Shown here in pieces: positions 50,795 through 63,320 of a stretch of DNA of 64,000 nt. The DNA comes from Rhynchobatus australiae (Eukaryota), in NCBI GenBank assembly GCA_034780895.1, contig JAUZTB010000068.1:26732507-26796506 (forward strand), given 5' to 3'. How positions within the stretch are numbered: the first letter of the stretch is position 1; every line of letters starts with the position of its first letter. The translations under genes and the position numbers were made by a program. The notes under the pieces are model-generated. The model was not told the origin of the DNA and ran no database searches. It saw only the letters and a list, made by a program, of their open reading frames with translations.

Positions 50795-51600
50795 TGTCCC
50801 TAAGTCACAGCAGTCCTTGTGATGATGGTTGTGGTGCAAGGTTGCAGTTCCAGTTAACGAGCAGCAATAACTGGAAAGTGATATATTATCATGTGGCTAT
50901 GTTGGACTTCGAAGCAAAGTTGCAGATGGCGACATTCCATATGTCTGTTGCCTTTAATCTTCTAGGTGGCAGAGACTGCGGGTTTGAGAACTCATGTCAG
51001 AGAAGTTGTGCCAAGTTGCCTCAGTGGATCTTGTGGGCTGGATACAGTGTAGCCACACTATGCCAGTGGTGGAGGAAGCAAAGGTTTGGGATTGTAGAAG
51101 GATTGTTGTTCAAGTGCCTTGCTTGGCTGAAATGGAAGTGACCTTTGATTGTTGTTGGAGCTGCGTTCATGCAAGCCGGTGGTGAGTATTCCATCACTCT
51201 CTTAACTTGTGCCTTGTAGATGATGGACTTTGCAGATGGTGGAAAGTCTTTGGGCAGTTGGGACGCAAGGTAGTCACAGCAGTATACCAAGTCTCTGACC
51301 TGCTCTTGAAGTCACTTAATGTATGTGGTTGCTTCAGATAATCAGTATGAACCTGAGTTAATCATAATGGACATGGTGAAGGTAATGCTACAGGGTGGAA
51401 AGGAAAGTAGGTTAGGCTCTCTCTTGTTGAAGATGGTATTTGCACTGCATTTACATGACAGGAATGCAAACTTGACATGAGTCCAGATTTCTGGAGATGG
51501 TCATTGCCCAGAACTTTTGTGGCATCGGCATTACCTGATACTTACCAGACCAAATGTTGTGCAGGTCTTGGCACTGCCTTTGTGATGGAAAGAAGATCTT
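50795..51600 (-). mobile_element. CR1/L2-group LINE fragment
   Basis: Minus ORF SIIYKAQVKRVMEYSPPACM resembles the RT C-terminal region. Homologous to 61965-62440. Confidence 0.7.
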
Positions 51601-52375
51601 GTTTAAACAGTCGANNNNNNNTCATCGAGATGTCCAGGGCTGGAATGATTGACTTCCAACCACAATCATCTTCCTTTAACTCAAATGTTTTCCCCTTCCC
51701 TTGCCTTTGTGGCAGAGTTGTCATTATATGAACAATTCTTTAGTCCAACACAGAGAAAGAATCATCTGGAGTAACCTAAATTGTGAAAGAGACATGGAAT
51801 GTATTTTGTAATCCTCCAGCAAAGGTCTGAATAGCTTTCCTCTGATCTGTAAAATTCCATGCTTTAATGAAAGGTCAATATGCAATAGTATCCTCAAAGC
51901 TTATGCTTCCAAATATGGATTCAGTCAGACTTCCTAATTTTCTGATCACCCATTTCATTATTCTCAGTTTCATCATGTTTTGTGGGATTTTGTTTTCCAC
52001 TGTTAGTTGTAACATTGAGTTGTTTTTTTTTATTGATTTCTGAATTTCATTATAAGATATTGATCATAACAAATATTGATAAAAATCACGGGAGCCTTTC
52101 TCTGATTGGTAGGAGGTGAACACGCAATAACATGCTGCTGATGCTGAGGCTGCATTTTCCTACTACACATAGCAAAAGGGTGAAGTGTTTGTAGTTAACT
52201 CCTCAATTTTCATCAAAAGTAATTATTTTTATTTTATTTGTTTCATACTTAAAGGATTATCACTGAGATTCTGAAATGCTCTTTTCCTTCAGTATGGATG
52301 TTTGGTTGAAAATAAAGAAAAACTACAGGTGCTGGGAATTGGAAATAAAAACAGACAATTCAGAAAACACTCAAA

Positions 52376-52815
52376 AATCAAAGTCAAAGTTGAGTTTATT
52401 GTCATATGCACAAGTACATGTATGTACAAGTGCAGTAAAAAAAACTTACTTGCAGCAGCATCACAGGCACATAGCATTATGTAAGCAGCATTCACAAGAA
52501 AAACATAAATCAAACATAAATCACACACAATTTTTACAAGAAAGAACACAATTAAAACAAAGAAAGAAACATTTTAGTGCAGAGTGATCAAAGTGGCCAT
52601 AGTGTTGTTAATCTGTAGAGATTAGGGTTGTGCTGGTTGGTTCAAGAATGGAATAGCCTAAGGGAAGTAACTGTTCTTGAACCTGGTGATGTGGGACTTC
52701 AGGCTTCTGTACCTCCTGTCCAATGGTAGCTGCAAAAAGATGACATGGTCTGGATGATGGGGATCTTCAATGATGGATGCTGCCTTCTTGAGGCAGCACC
52801 TCCTGTAGATACTAC
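52376..52815 (-). mobile_element. Rex1/Babar-like LINE 3' end inserted within a Penelope-like repeat pair
   Basis: Minus strand encodes IYRRCCLKKAASIIEDPHHPDHVIFLQLPLDRRYRSLKSHITRFKNSYFP, followed by a 3' UTR ending atgacaataaactcaactttgacttt. PLE repeat pieces lie at 52310-52375 and 52821-52920. Confidence 0.8.
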
Positions 52816-53350
52816 CAGATCAGGCAGCCGATGAAGGGACTTCAATTTAAGACATTAACTGCATTTCTCTTTCTACAGATGCTGCCCAATCTGCAACATA
52901 TTTCCAACATTTTCTGATTTTTTTTTTGTTGTTGCTTTATTTGCCCTGCCTCATGAAACCAGGTCTGTAGTTCGTGAAGATTCCATTCTGACATCTGGCC
53001 CACCCACTGGGGGATTCTGCAGAGAGCCAGGGGCACATTGGTGGGTTTTTGAAACTGGAGGTGCATGTTGACTTAGGTGCAGTTGGGTGCTAAAACCAAC
53101 AATGAAACAAATGTTGGAAAACCAGTTCCAATATTTGGAGTGTATCCAGTTGCTTTACACATAATACATGCCTGAGAAATGAATTGCATTTGAACAAATG
53201 CCAAGCTATCCATTGGAGAAATATTTCAAGCCACTTTTAAACTTAATGTCACATCCATGAGCTTTCTGGACTTGCTAAAGCTCACAAATGAAAGATGATG
53301 AAAGACACAATTACATTTGAGAAGGTTGTTCAAGACTTATGATTACAATG

Positions 53351-53660
53351 TGGCACAGTGGTATAACTGTAGAGCTGCTGCCTCACAGCTTCAACAACCC
53401 AGGTTCAATCCTGATCTCCAGTGATATCTCTGTGGAATTTCCATGTTCACCCTGTGATCATGAGGGTTTGCTCCTCAAAGATGTGCAGGTCGTCATATTA
53501 ACTGACCACTGTAAATTGTCCGTAATGTGCAAGTGAGTGGTAGAAATGGGGGAGGTGGGTGGTGGAGTTGATGGGAATATGGGGAGAATAAAATGGGATT
53601 AATATCAATGAGCGCCTGATCGGTTGAAGTGCCTATTTCTGTGCTGTATGATCCTATGAT
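53351..53660 (+). mobile_element. Older V-SINE
   Basis: tggcacagtggtataactgtagagctgctgcctcacagc...ggttcaatcc head and CR1-like tail cctatttctgtgctgtatga. Confidence 0.75.
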
Positions 53661-53754
53661 CATTCGACAGCAAACATGTTAAAAGGTGACTTGACACCCA
53701 GCACAAGCAAGATGGGAAAGTGATGTCAAATAACATGATACAGATTTAAATATA

Positions 53755-53953
53755 AGAGGCTGCATCCTGTGGAATCTGGAGCAACAGACAACCTACTGCA
53801 TGAATTCTGTGGGTCGAGCAGTATCTATGGGGGGGGGAAAAGGAACTATTGACACTTCGGATCCTGATGAAGGTTTTCAACCCGAAACATCAACGATTCC
53901 TTTCCATCCACCGATGCTGCTCACCCTGCTGAGTTTCTCCACCAGATTGTTTG
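53755..53953. mobile_element. Inverted Penelope-like terminal repeat pair with hammerhead motif on plus strand (53864-53891)
   Basis: CTGATGA at 53864-53870, then AGGTTTTCAACCC, then GAAAC ATC at 53884-53891. The left arm is the reverse complement of the right arm. Confidence 0.7.
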
Positions 53954-54499
53954 ATGATACAAATTTATGGATTGAACAAAGCAGTAAAATCTTCATTTAT
54001 AACATGGATTCAAACACCCGAGTGCACACTTCTCCACAACTAAAAGGCTTGTTCTTCCATTTTCCTGTATGATTCAACCCGTTTGGTTTCAGCAGAGGTA
54101 GAAGCCGGTTGTTCAGATCACCGGTGACTGCTGTAGTGCTCTTGGACTGAATTCTGGAGCTCTGAATGTTCTGCCAAAAATCTGCTCCACCTGAATCAAT
54201 GTGGAGGCAGATTTTTATCACTGAGAGACAAGGAAGCATGTTGAATACAGGCATGAGCGCACAGACAGATAAGGTCAGTGGACCATGCGTTGAGGAATAG
54301 AAACTCTGTGGAATTCCTACTTCCAGGTTCCTTTTCAACTTTATCTCTTTCATGGATCAACTATACCTTACTATTACTACCCTGCTGCAAATCAACTTGG
54401 TGCAGAGGATTATGACCCTGTAAGATGAATCCTAATGTACCTGTCATCCTTTTTAAGGCAGCAGACATGATGGTATTGAGTGTCTGCATAGTCAGGTAC

Positions 54500-55010
54500 A
54501 CACTTCATCTTAGGTGATCCCCTGAGCTAAGGATAGATTGCTTCCATTCCAATTCAAGTTCCATGTCACATCTGCACTCTCTTTAACAGGTGGGGCACGA
54601 TGGGGCACGATGGGGCAGGCAGGTGGGTTGTTTGGAATGCTGTGACCTCCTTCTGCTGTTTATGTTTGACCTCCATGTGCTCTGATCAGAGAGAACAGAA
54701 GTGCTTGTTATCTTCCCACCCGCTAGAGAGGACTTGGGCCAGGAATTTACATGAGTCAGTGAAGAACTCTAATGTTCCTGAGCTATGATGCAGCTCAGAG
54801 TGTTTGTTTTGAGAGTTTTTCATTGGATATATGGACCATGTCTTCTGTCCATTGGAGCTGATTAGGCTGATCAGATCCTCAATGCTGAGCATAATGTCCT
54901 GGGAAAGGAATTTGCTTTGTCAGTGGGTCCTGAGAATTTTGAACAAGGATCATTGGTGGTACCTTTCCAGTGATTTGTGATGCCTACTCTAGGTTATCCA
55001 TGTCTCTAAT
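54500..55010 (-). mobile_element. Possible RTE-type LINE remnant
   Basis: cttaggtgatcccctgagctaaggatagattgcttcca resembles an RTE 3' end in reverse. Recalled similarity only. Confidence 0.4.
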
Positions 55011-55039
55011 GTAAATAGGCAGAAGGGACCCTTTTATCT

Positions 55040-55140
55040 CAGTTCTGATGAAGAGTATCAGACCTGAAATATTTACTCTGTTCCTCTTTCCACAGATGCT
55101 GCCTACCTGCTGAACTCTTCCTCCATTTAATATTTTTATT
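55040..55140 (+). mobile_element. Penelope-like terminal repeat, decayed hammerhead motif
   Basis: cagttCTGATGAAgagtatcagacctGAAATATTtactctg...tccacagatgctgcctacctgctga. Confidence 0.65.
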
Positions 55141-57239
55141 ATAGTAAACACGAGCTTGGTGATGCTACATCAGAGGGAGTAATGTATGTGAACATTGAAA
55201 GATTATCTTCAGGGTTTTTTCAATGTTCTCTCCTATTGTTTTAAAATCTTTATCTTTAAAACCTGAGTACATTGTAAATATCTCATCCTCCTTTTGTGGA
55301 AAATCAAAGCTCCTCCAAATGTCAACCTTTGGATTTTCTCTTTAAATATTGATTGTGTTGTATGGGTCCTCAACCAGCTGACACTCATGCATCAATGATA
55401 AAAGAGGAAGTCAAGTGTTAATGCAGTTGCTGAATGAAAGCAGCATGCAGAGGAGTGCTGACANNNNNNNNNNNNNNNNNNNNNNNNNNNNNNNNNNNNN
55501 NNNNNNNNNNNNNNNNNNNNNNNNNNNNNNNNNNNNNNNNNNNNNNNNNNNNNNNNNNNNNNNCTGACATTACTCCAGCACTCAAACACCCACCTCCACT
55601 ACTCTCTGCATGATTCCAGTTCACATTGGGGCCATCATGGAGACAATCAGTCCTCCTGGCAGTCTGCGGGGCCTATTCACCCCTCAAACTGGCATCTGAT
55701 GAAAAGTGGAAGCCCCCTTATTTTGCCATTAATGCATACACTGGGCTTTTGGGCCATCTGAATAAAGTGCTAGTTTTGGATTGCCAACTCTTTCTCTGGT
55801 TCCCACATGACGCTCTGTTCTCTGCCTGAAGCAGGTCCAGGCTTTATGCAACTTTTTATTTAAAACAGACTTGTTCTGCTTGTCTATATTGCAATACCAA
55901 TTAGTTTCAGTTATTTTTTTGTTTACATTATGAAAAAAAAGCAACAGCTTTTTCACTGATACCTTCCAGAAATGAGGGGGTTTATCAGTTTGCTGTTCAA
56001 ACTCTTTTCAAACCAGTTTCCTTGTTAAACACTAAATACAAACTAATTTTTGAACCTTGAACACCATAATGGGAAACTGTTCAAGTTGGAGTTACGGCTG
56101 GAGCGTTCCAGCCCCATTTCCAACCCCAATCCGTTACTCATATTAATTTGGCTTGGATTAAGTTATCGAAGTGAAGTTCACAGATAATCCTAAATTGAGA
56201 GCAATGTAGCCTGATGCAGGAGGAATGTAACTTTTGTAAATGCAGCCAGTTAATATAAAACACAATAAAATATCAACAAATATTGAACAATTGGTGCAAG
56301 ACAAAAGTAGATTAAGAAGCATATGAAGATATGAACAACACAGCTCAATGTTTAGGGATAGTTCATCGATTTTTTTTTAATGAAATGCACAGTGGATGAT
56401 TGTAATGAAAAGAATTATAAGTGAGGCACTAAAATTTTTACATCATAAGGTAACCTCTATCTTAAAAGCTATGTGCAGTAATGTGGCATATGGCAAGGCA
56501 CAGCAGAAAATAACTGGGATGTTAACCCAATCTCGAGAAATGTAACCCAGATTTTAACCCAATCCAACTGGAAAGGCTAGATGGGTGCATCAGTACGATG
56601 GTGGTGGGTGGCATTGTGCTTTGTCATTGAGGCATATAGAATGGAAACTGGCCCTTGGGCCCATAGTCTGTGTGACCATCCACTGGCCATTTACGCTAAT
56701 CCTACATTATTCACATTTTTAATTCTCCCCACATTCCTATCAACTCCCCCATATTAAACAATATTAACACACTAAATAATATGTATATTACATGCACATA
56801 CTGCTATATTATTACGTGATTCTTACATTCACATTCATCTGGACACTCTAGGGCAATTTACAGTGGACAATTAATCTCTCTCTCTCATGTCAATTACCTC
56901 CTCAATACCGATCTGTTTTATCAAATTTGTGGTCGCAACAAGTGATGCGATACCACTATGTTGCTGAAGCATCTCAGATGGGGTTATACCACATTAAATG
57001 TGCTATAGGTGTCCAGATGTGGAAGTTACCTGAGTGTGATTAAATAGGTTGAATTTTAAGGACTGAGTTGACAGGTGGAACCCAGGTCACTGGAGCTATG
57101 AGGCAGCAACTCTTATCAGTTTGTTNNNNNNNNNNNNNNNNNNNNNNNNNNNNNNNNNNNNNNNNNNNNNNNNNNNNNNNNNNNNNNNNNNNNNNNNNNN
57201 NNNNNNNNNNNNNNNNNNNNNNNNNATGTAAACATCATG

Positions 57240-57273
57240 TGCAGTAACAGTTTGTCGCCACTAGATGGAAGCA
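57240..57273 (+). promoter_or_regulatory. Candidate CTCF binding site with upstream module
   Basis: TGCAGTAAC-N6-TCGCCACTAGATGGAAGCA. The core differs from CCACTAGATGGCAGC at one position, and the TGCAGT upstream module sits at the expected spacing. Confidence 0.55.
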
Positions 57274-57746
57274 TCGCTGCAGAAATCAATCCACAATCTA
57301 CTAGCAGTTCAAAGATTAGTTTTGTCAAATTCAACTCAGTTTTTTCAAACTGAAGTGTCATTTACTGCAGGTAAGATATTTAAACACCTTGCTGAGCTTG
57401 TTGTGTCAGGTGGACCTTATTTCACGGGTTGTTTTGGGTCGAAGGGAAGATGACCAGCTCAGTTTTATTCCTGCGAACTGAGGTCAAAAGGTGCAACCTT
57501 CCACCCACCAGAACCCACCACATCCAAACCCCCCAACTCATACCTGAGAGGCACCGCTTGTGCAAACAAACCAAATGTTCTGTTGACAAAATTAAGATGC
57601 CAGAGAAATACAACATTGCAGGCAAGGTGAGTTTCCTTTGTAGTTTTATAAAGTGATCTCTCTCTATATATATTTAATTATTCCAATTACATTCATTATG
57701 TAATGGCAATGTACGATTTGAAAGGTAACATCTTCTGACCAGCCAA

Positions 57747-57899
57747 ACAAGAGATTTTTATGGATATTTACCTTATAAAAGTCACAATAATTTAATACAA
57801 TAAACTTGTGATAATACAGGAGATATACAAGAGATTTTTATGGATATTTACCTTATAAAAGTCACAATAATTTAATACAATAAACTTGTGATAATACAG
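57747..57899. repeat. Perfect 73-bp direct duplication (period 80 bp)
   Basis: 57747-57819 is identical to 57827-57899, separated by gagatat. Confidence 0.95.
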
Positions 57900-58191
57900 T
57901 CCAGCCATAAGTCCAGGGTGTTCTTCCTCCCACTTAACACAAATATGGCAATGGTAATTAGTCATTGGTTTATTATTGTCACATGTACTGAGATACAGTG
58001 AAAAGCTTTTATTTTGTTTGTGTTGTTGTTTTTTTGTTCCTATGATGCTATTGCTATGAGGATTTGGCAGTGCACAAACAGGGGTCTGTGTCAAATACAA
58101 TGCAACCTTGTAAGGAAGATGGAAGGTGAATGACATCCATCTTGTGCATTGATACAAGCTCAAAGAAAGATCAGTGAAAACTTCCATCTTC

Positions 58192-58520
58192 AGGGCAGCA
58201 CAGTGGTAAGGCAGACAGAGATGCTGCTGCAAAGCTCAAGCAACCCCGGTCTGATCCTGGCAGGTGCTTCTGTGTGAAGTTTGCATGTTTTTCTGTGATT
58301 GTGTGAGTTTGTTCTGTTACTCCAGTTTCTTACACACATCTCACAGACTGGTTGGTTGGTGGGTTAATTGGCTGCTGTAAATTGCCCCAGGAGAACTGGG
58401 GGAAGTTGATTGGCATTTGAAAGATGTATGGAGAAATAACTGTGGGAATGTGATTAATGGATATACTTGAGAGCCAGCATAGACTTAATGAGCCAGATGG
58501 CCTCCTCCTATGCCATTAGA
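58192..58520 (+). mobile_element. Older V-SINE
   Basis: gggcagcacagtggt...gctgctgc...gtgtgaagtttgcatgtt...gggttaattggctgctgtaaattgcccc. Confidence 0.7.
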
Positions 58521-58702
58521 AAGTATATTGAAAAAATAAAACAATAGAGCAAAAAGTGTGTGGAATCCAATGGAAAAGCATGGTATTGCCTGGCCAAGAA
58601 ACTGGCATCAGATGTAGATCAAAGTCTGTGATTTATCAAAAACATCAGCACAGACACAACTCAAACATGCAAAGCAAACATGTGTTTATTGGTGTTCGCA
58701 TG

Positions 58703-59145
58703 AATCATAGAAATATTGTGACACAGAAGGAACCCATCTGGCCCATTAAGTTCATGCCGCATCTTTGCAGATCAATCCAGTCATTCATTTTCCCTTATTC
58801 ATTTGCTTTGGCCCTGCAAATTACTTTCTCTCAAATACCTTCTCAATTTCAAGTGCTGGTTTACTCTGCTGCCAGAAATCTCACAGGTGGAGAGTTCCAA
58901 TTCCACTTAATCTCTGCATAAAACTTTTCACTCGCATTACCTCAATCTTTTGCCCACTGTTTAAATGACATAACCTCTGTTCTTTGAATATCCATTTAAA
59001 TCAGATTATGATTAAATATACATTTCTATCAAATCTCCCATCAACACTCCTTGCTCGTGGATAACAACCCCATCTTCTCCAGTTTAATCTTAAAACTCAT
59101 CTCTTATCTCTGGAACCAACTTTTGTACCTTCTCTAAGATCCTTT
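58703..59145 (-). mobile_element. Degenerate CR1-type 3' fragment
   Basis: aatcatagaaat...acacagaaggaacccatctggccc terminus and downstream CR1-like motifs in reverse. Confidence 0.55.
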
Positions 59146-59857
59146 GCAGAATAATTTCCATCTCAGAATTAATCAAAATGGAGTAATTCTTAAACTGAGC
59201 TTTCTTGTTTCATTTATTCTTTTCAACAGAACTATGATACTTGGACACAAAACCTGGACAAGTCAATCCTGGATGTGTCCATTGTTGTTACCTCAACAGC
59301 AGTTGGATACATGCAGAATTGACTTAAAAGATTGTTAAAAGTTAATGAATTGAATTTTGTTTGTCCAATTTTGTTTTTCTGGGGGCCTGGTTGTGAGAAG
59401 GAATATTATGAGCTCTCTTTTAAATTGTATATATTGAAGGAAAATGGATTATCCATAACACTCATTACAATAAAATGGAAAACACATTTATACATTTGCT
59501 GATTTTTGTTTTCATTTTCTTAGACTACAAATTGGAATGAATCTGTGGTGAAAATAGTTTTGTAGAACTGCTCTGGGCAACATCGTAATGTTATACTCCA
59601 ATATCATCATGAGTTGATGTGATGGTCACAGCTCACCAATCCCATTCAGGATATCAGATGTTGATGGTAAGAATCTCAATGAGGCCAAAGCAGCCCAATT
59701 GATCAGCACCTCATCAGCCACAAAGAAGGATGAGGGCAGTATTGGAATGCCTGAAAGTACTTGTCTAAATTGCACTCTATCCTGGCTTGAAAGTCCAGCT
59801 GGCGCCGGAGCACGGCGACTCATTGCAAGCTGCTTTCTGCAGATCTATAATACTTCA

Positions 59858-60280
59858 GTTATAGAACCATAGAACAATACAGCACAATACAGGCACACTA
59901 TCTAACCCTTTCCTCCCGCATATCCCTCTATCCCACATTCCTCCGTATGCCTATCCAACAATCTCTTGAACCTGTCCAACGTATCTGCCTCCACCACCAC
60001 CCCAGGCAGCGCANNNNNNNNNNNNNNNNNNNNNNNNNNNNNNNNNNNNNNNNNNNNNNNNNNNNNNNNNNNNNNNNNNNNNNNNNNNNNNNNNNNNNNN
60101 NNNNNNNNNNNNNGCACCAACCACTCTCTGGGTGAAAAACCTCCCTCTGACATCTCCCCTGAACTCCCTACCCATTACTTTAAAGCCATGCCCTCTTGTC
60201 TTGAGCATTGGTGCCCTGGGAAAGAGGTGCTGGCTGTCTACTTTATCTACCCCTCTCAATATTTTATACACCTCTATCAC
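59858..60280 (-). mobile_element. Relatively young CR1-type LINE 3' end
   Basis: Minus ORF IEVYKILRGVDKVDSQHLFPRAPMLKTRGHGFKVMGREFRGDVRGRFFTQRVVG, then ALPGVVVEADTLDRFKRLLDRH. Confidence 0.92.
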
Positions 60281-60465
60281 TTTCTACTCTTTTAAATCTA
60301 AATTCTAAGCTGCAACTTTAACACTATGTTCTGCATTCTGTTATTGTCTTTCCCTTGTACTAACTCAATGTACTAATATGATGAAATGATCTGTATGGAT
60401 GGCAATGCAAAACAAAGTTTTTCACTGTACCTTGGTGCATTGACAATAATAAACCAATTAACCAA
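60275..60465 (+). mobile_element. LINE 3' UTR fragment (Rex1/Babar-like tail)
   Basis: Homologous to 25310-25478 (aaacaaagtttttcactgtaccttggtgcattgacaataataaaccaatt). Confidence 0.55.
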
Positions 60466-61964
60466 AATATATTTCCAGATCTTCATTGTCGCCAGATGAA
60501 AATCCTGGAAATGACTCCTTGATTGGGCACATCTTTACCTTGTGACTGAAGCACCTCAAGAAAGAAATTCACCCTCACATTCTCGGTTAGTGATTGACAT
60601 TAAAGATCAGCCTCACCTTGATTCTTGAAATTAATAAAAAATAAATGACTGTGCTAAACTGTATAAAAGACACAAGCAGGCAGCAGCTCATAATGTCCAC
60701 AAATCACCAGCCTCAGTGTACGAGTTGTGTCTTGAGTAAACGTCCAGGTACAGATTTGTGTCAATGCACTATATTTTACCTCCATTCCTATAGAGGAGGT
60801 TAAGAGACAGAATACAATGTGCTGAATGAATATATAGCATGATCACTGCTACCAGCTGGGGATAAAGATCTAGCAAAATCTCTATTTTGCATCTAATAAA
60901 CACTGACCACCATACTTTGAGTGGAGACACATAACATTCCAGAACTGTTTTAATATTTGACAAGCTGTTTACATGCTGTACAAAGCTTCTACCAGCCATT
61001 CACTTGATAAGAAGAAAGGTTAATGGCATTGATACTCAGGAAAGCCAATGAGATCAAAACTAAAGTCTCAAGTNNNNNNNNNNCTGCTCAGAGCCTGGAT
61101 GCTGGGGAAATTAGCGTCAGAGAGAATGCTGACTGTTCGATTTCTAATTTGCATTAAGTAACTTGAGATAAGTGAAAGCTGTTAGTGTATAATGACAGGT
61201 TAATGGCGCAGGATTAGTGTTTCAGCGATTCAGCCACAGACCATCTCCAGTAAGTGATTATCCCTGGAATATGTACCTTCACTCAAACTCCTGAAATTTA
61301 TTAAGAAGCCGACCTTATTTCATCCCACTTTCAGCTAAACTGCCATCTCCATTCCAGCCTCCAGTCTGTGCAGTTGCTGAGCTCCCATGTTACTTGCCAG
61401 ATACTCTGTCCTATTGCTTTACATTTCTCAGAAGGCCTGTATTGATTTGGTTTGAAATATTTAAGCAGTAAACATCTTGCACCATAAAGTCTTATCAACT
61501 TACTCTTTAAATGGGGCTGGGCTACATTCAGCCTTAGGGTTTGGCAAAGCAAATTTTCTTAATGAGCATCTTATACCTTACATTGTAACATGCTGGAGAA
61601 AGCAAGGAAAGTGTCATAAAACAATGTTTTATTACAATCAGCTCTGCAATAATAGACTGCAGTGGAAAATTACTGCCCGCAGTTGTGGATAGTGAGCATG
61701 AAGGAGTAGTTGCCTCTCACAAACATCATGTAGCAGTTGATATTGGTTCAGAATTGGCAGTGTTCATGACAACAGAGCAGGGAGGAGAAAATGTGGAATA
61801 ATTCAGTATAAAGATGAGAAATTATTTATAAATATTATTACAAATTCCCGAACTCTACGGTACACTCTTAGTTCTGAAGCTTTGAGACAAGACCCTAATC
61901 TATTCCGTTTCTAATCACTCTAATAGTATGGATTGGACAAGTCAGCATGGCATGGATATTATTT

Positions 61965-62440
61965 TATGTATTCACTTTTTTGGCATCTGGGCATCACTGG
62001 CAAGACTGGCATTTATTGCCTGTCCCCTAACTGATCTTGAGAAAGTGATGGTGAATCACCTTCTTGAACAGCTGCAGTCCTTGAGGTTACTGTACTCCCA
62101 GAGCATTGTTGGGAAGGCAGTTCCAGGCTTTGACGATGAAGGAATGGCAATATATTTCCAAGTCAGGATGGCGTGTGATTTGGAAGTGAACCTACAAGTG
62201 GTGGTACTCCTGTTGCCCTTGGTCCTTCTTGGTGGTAGACACCACAGGTTTGGGAGGTGCTGTCCGAGTTACCTGGGCCAGTAACTGGAGGGCACTTTGG
62301 AGGTGGAACATACAGCTGCCATTCGGCACAAATGGTATAGGACTGAATGTTCAGGATAGTTGCTGGGGCACCAAAAGAAAAATCAGGCTGTTTTGCCCTG
62401 CATGGGGATGAGCATCTTAAGAGTTGTTGGAAAATGGGAA
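61965..62440 (-). mobile_element. CR1/L2-group LINE 3' fragment
   Basis: Reverse complement of 37120-37408 (atatatttccaagtcaggatgg, gcatttattgcc, cttgagaaagtgatggtg). Confidence 0.75.
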
Positions 62441-62884
62441 ATGTTCTCCTTATTTGGTTTAAAAGGCCCCATACTCAGGAGGAAGAATATATTTTCTTAT
62501 CCTAGTCTCGTACCTTGATCATCATCAACTGGCTGAAATCATGACAGAAGTACTTCTTAGTTTTGAAGATCTTTCTCAGTCTTTAAACAATAAAGACTCA
62601 TCAAGCATTTCTTCCAGAATTTAACGTGTTGTTATTTGGGGGAATTACAATGTTTTCATCAGTCATGGTTGCTTTCACAGAAAATATCAATCAGATGCTA
62701 TGAACTGGCAGAAATACATGTAGACAAGAATTTGTACTTGCCTACAAAATATGCAACTTTTCTTCAGCAGACACAGAGGTTGAGCGATATCAGAATTATT
62801 CATTACCTGTCTGTGTTGCAGTATTATTTACAGGGATAGGGATTTCATTTAAAGCAGAATCAATTAGAATGGAAGTAAACAACA

Positions 62885-63010
62885 GAGACACAAGAAATTC
62901 TGCAGGTGCTGGAATCTGGAGCAACGCACAAAGAGTGCTGGAGGAACTCAGGTCAGGCAGCATCCATGGAGGGAAATAAACAGTCGACGTTTCGGGCCGA
63001 GACCCTTCAT
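62885..63010 (-). mobile_element. Young Penelope-like terminal repeat with 5'-truncated hammerhead motif (62981-63010)
   Basis: Minus strand reads ATGA A GGGT CTCG GCCC GAAACGTC GACTG, then tttatttccctccatggatgctgcctgacc. CpGs are intact. Confidence 0.75.
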
Positions 63011-63029
63011 AAACAACAGAAGGGAAAGG

Positions 63030-63320
63030 AAAAGCTCACATCTTTCCTGATTTCAGGGCATCTAAGGTTCTTTACTGCCAATTCTCACGTATGAAATTCA
63101 ATCATTGGTGTAATAAATGGTGTTAATTTTCACACTGCCTGGTCTCTCAAGCAGCAAGATAAAAATGACCGGATTATTTGTTCAAATGATACCAAATGAC
63201 GAGTAAATATTGGACAGGTCAGCAGGGAGAATTTCCCCTCCTTCTCTCAAAAGTGTGTGACAAGATCACCTGTGGACAGATTGGGGTCTCTGATTAATGC
63301 TAAATGTTTCTGCAGCACAA
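63030..63320 (-). mobile_element. Ancient DeuSINE-like remnant
   Basis: taaatattggacaggtcagcagggagaatttcccctccttctctcaaaagt...cacctgtggacagattggggtctctgattaatg resembles the reverse complement of the Deu domain. Recalled consensus only. Confidence 0.5.
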
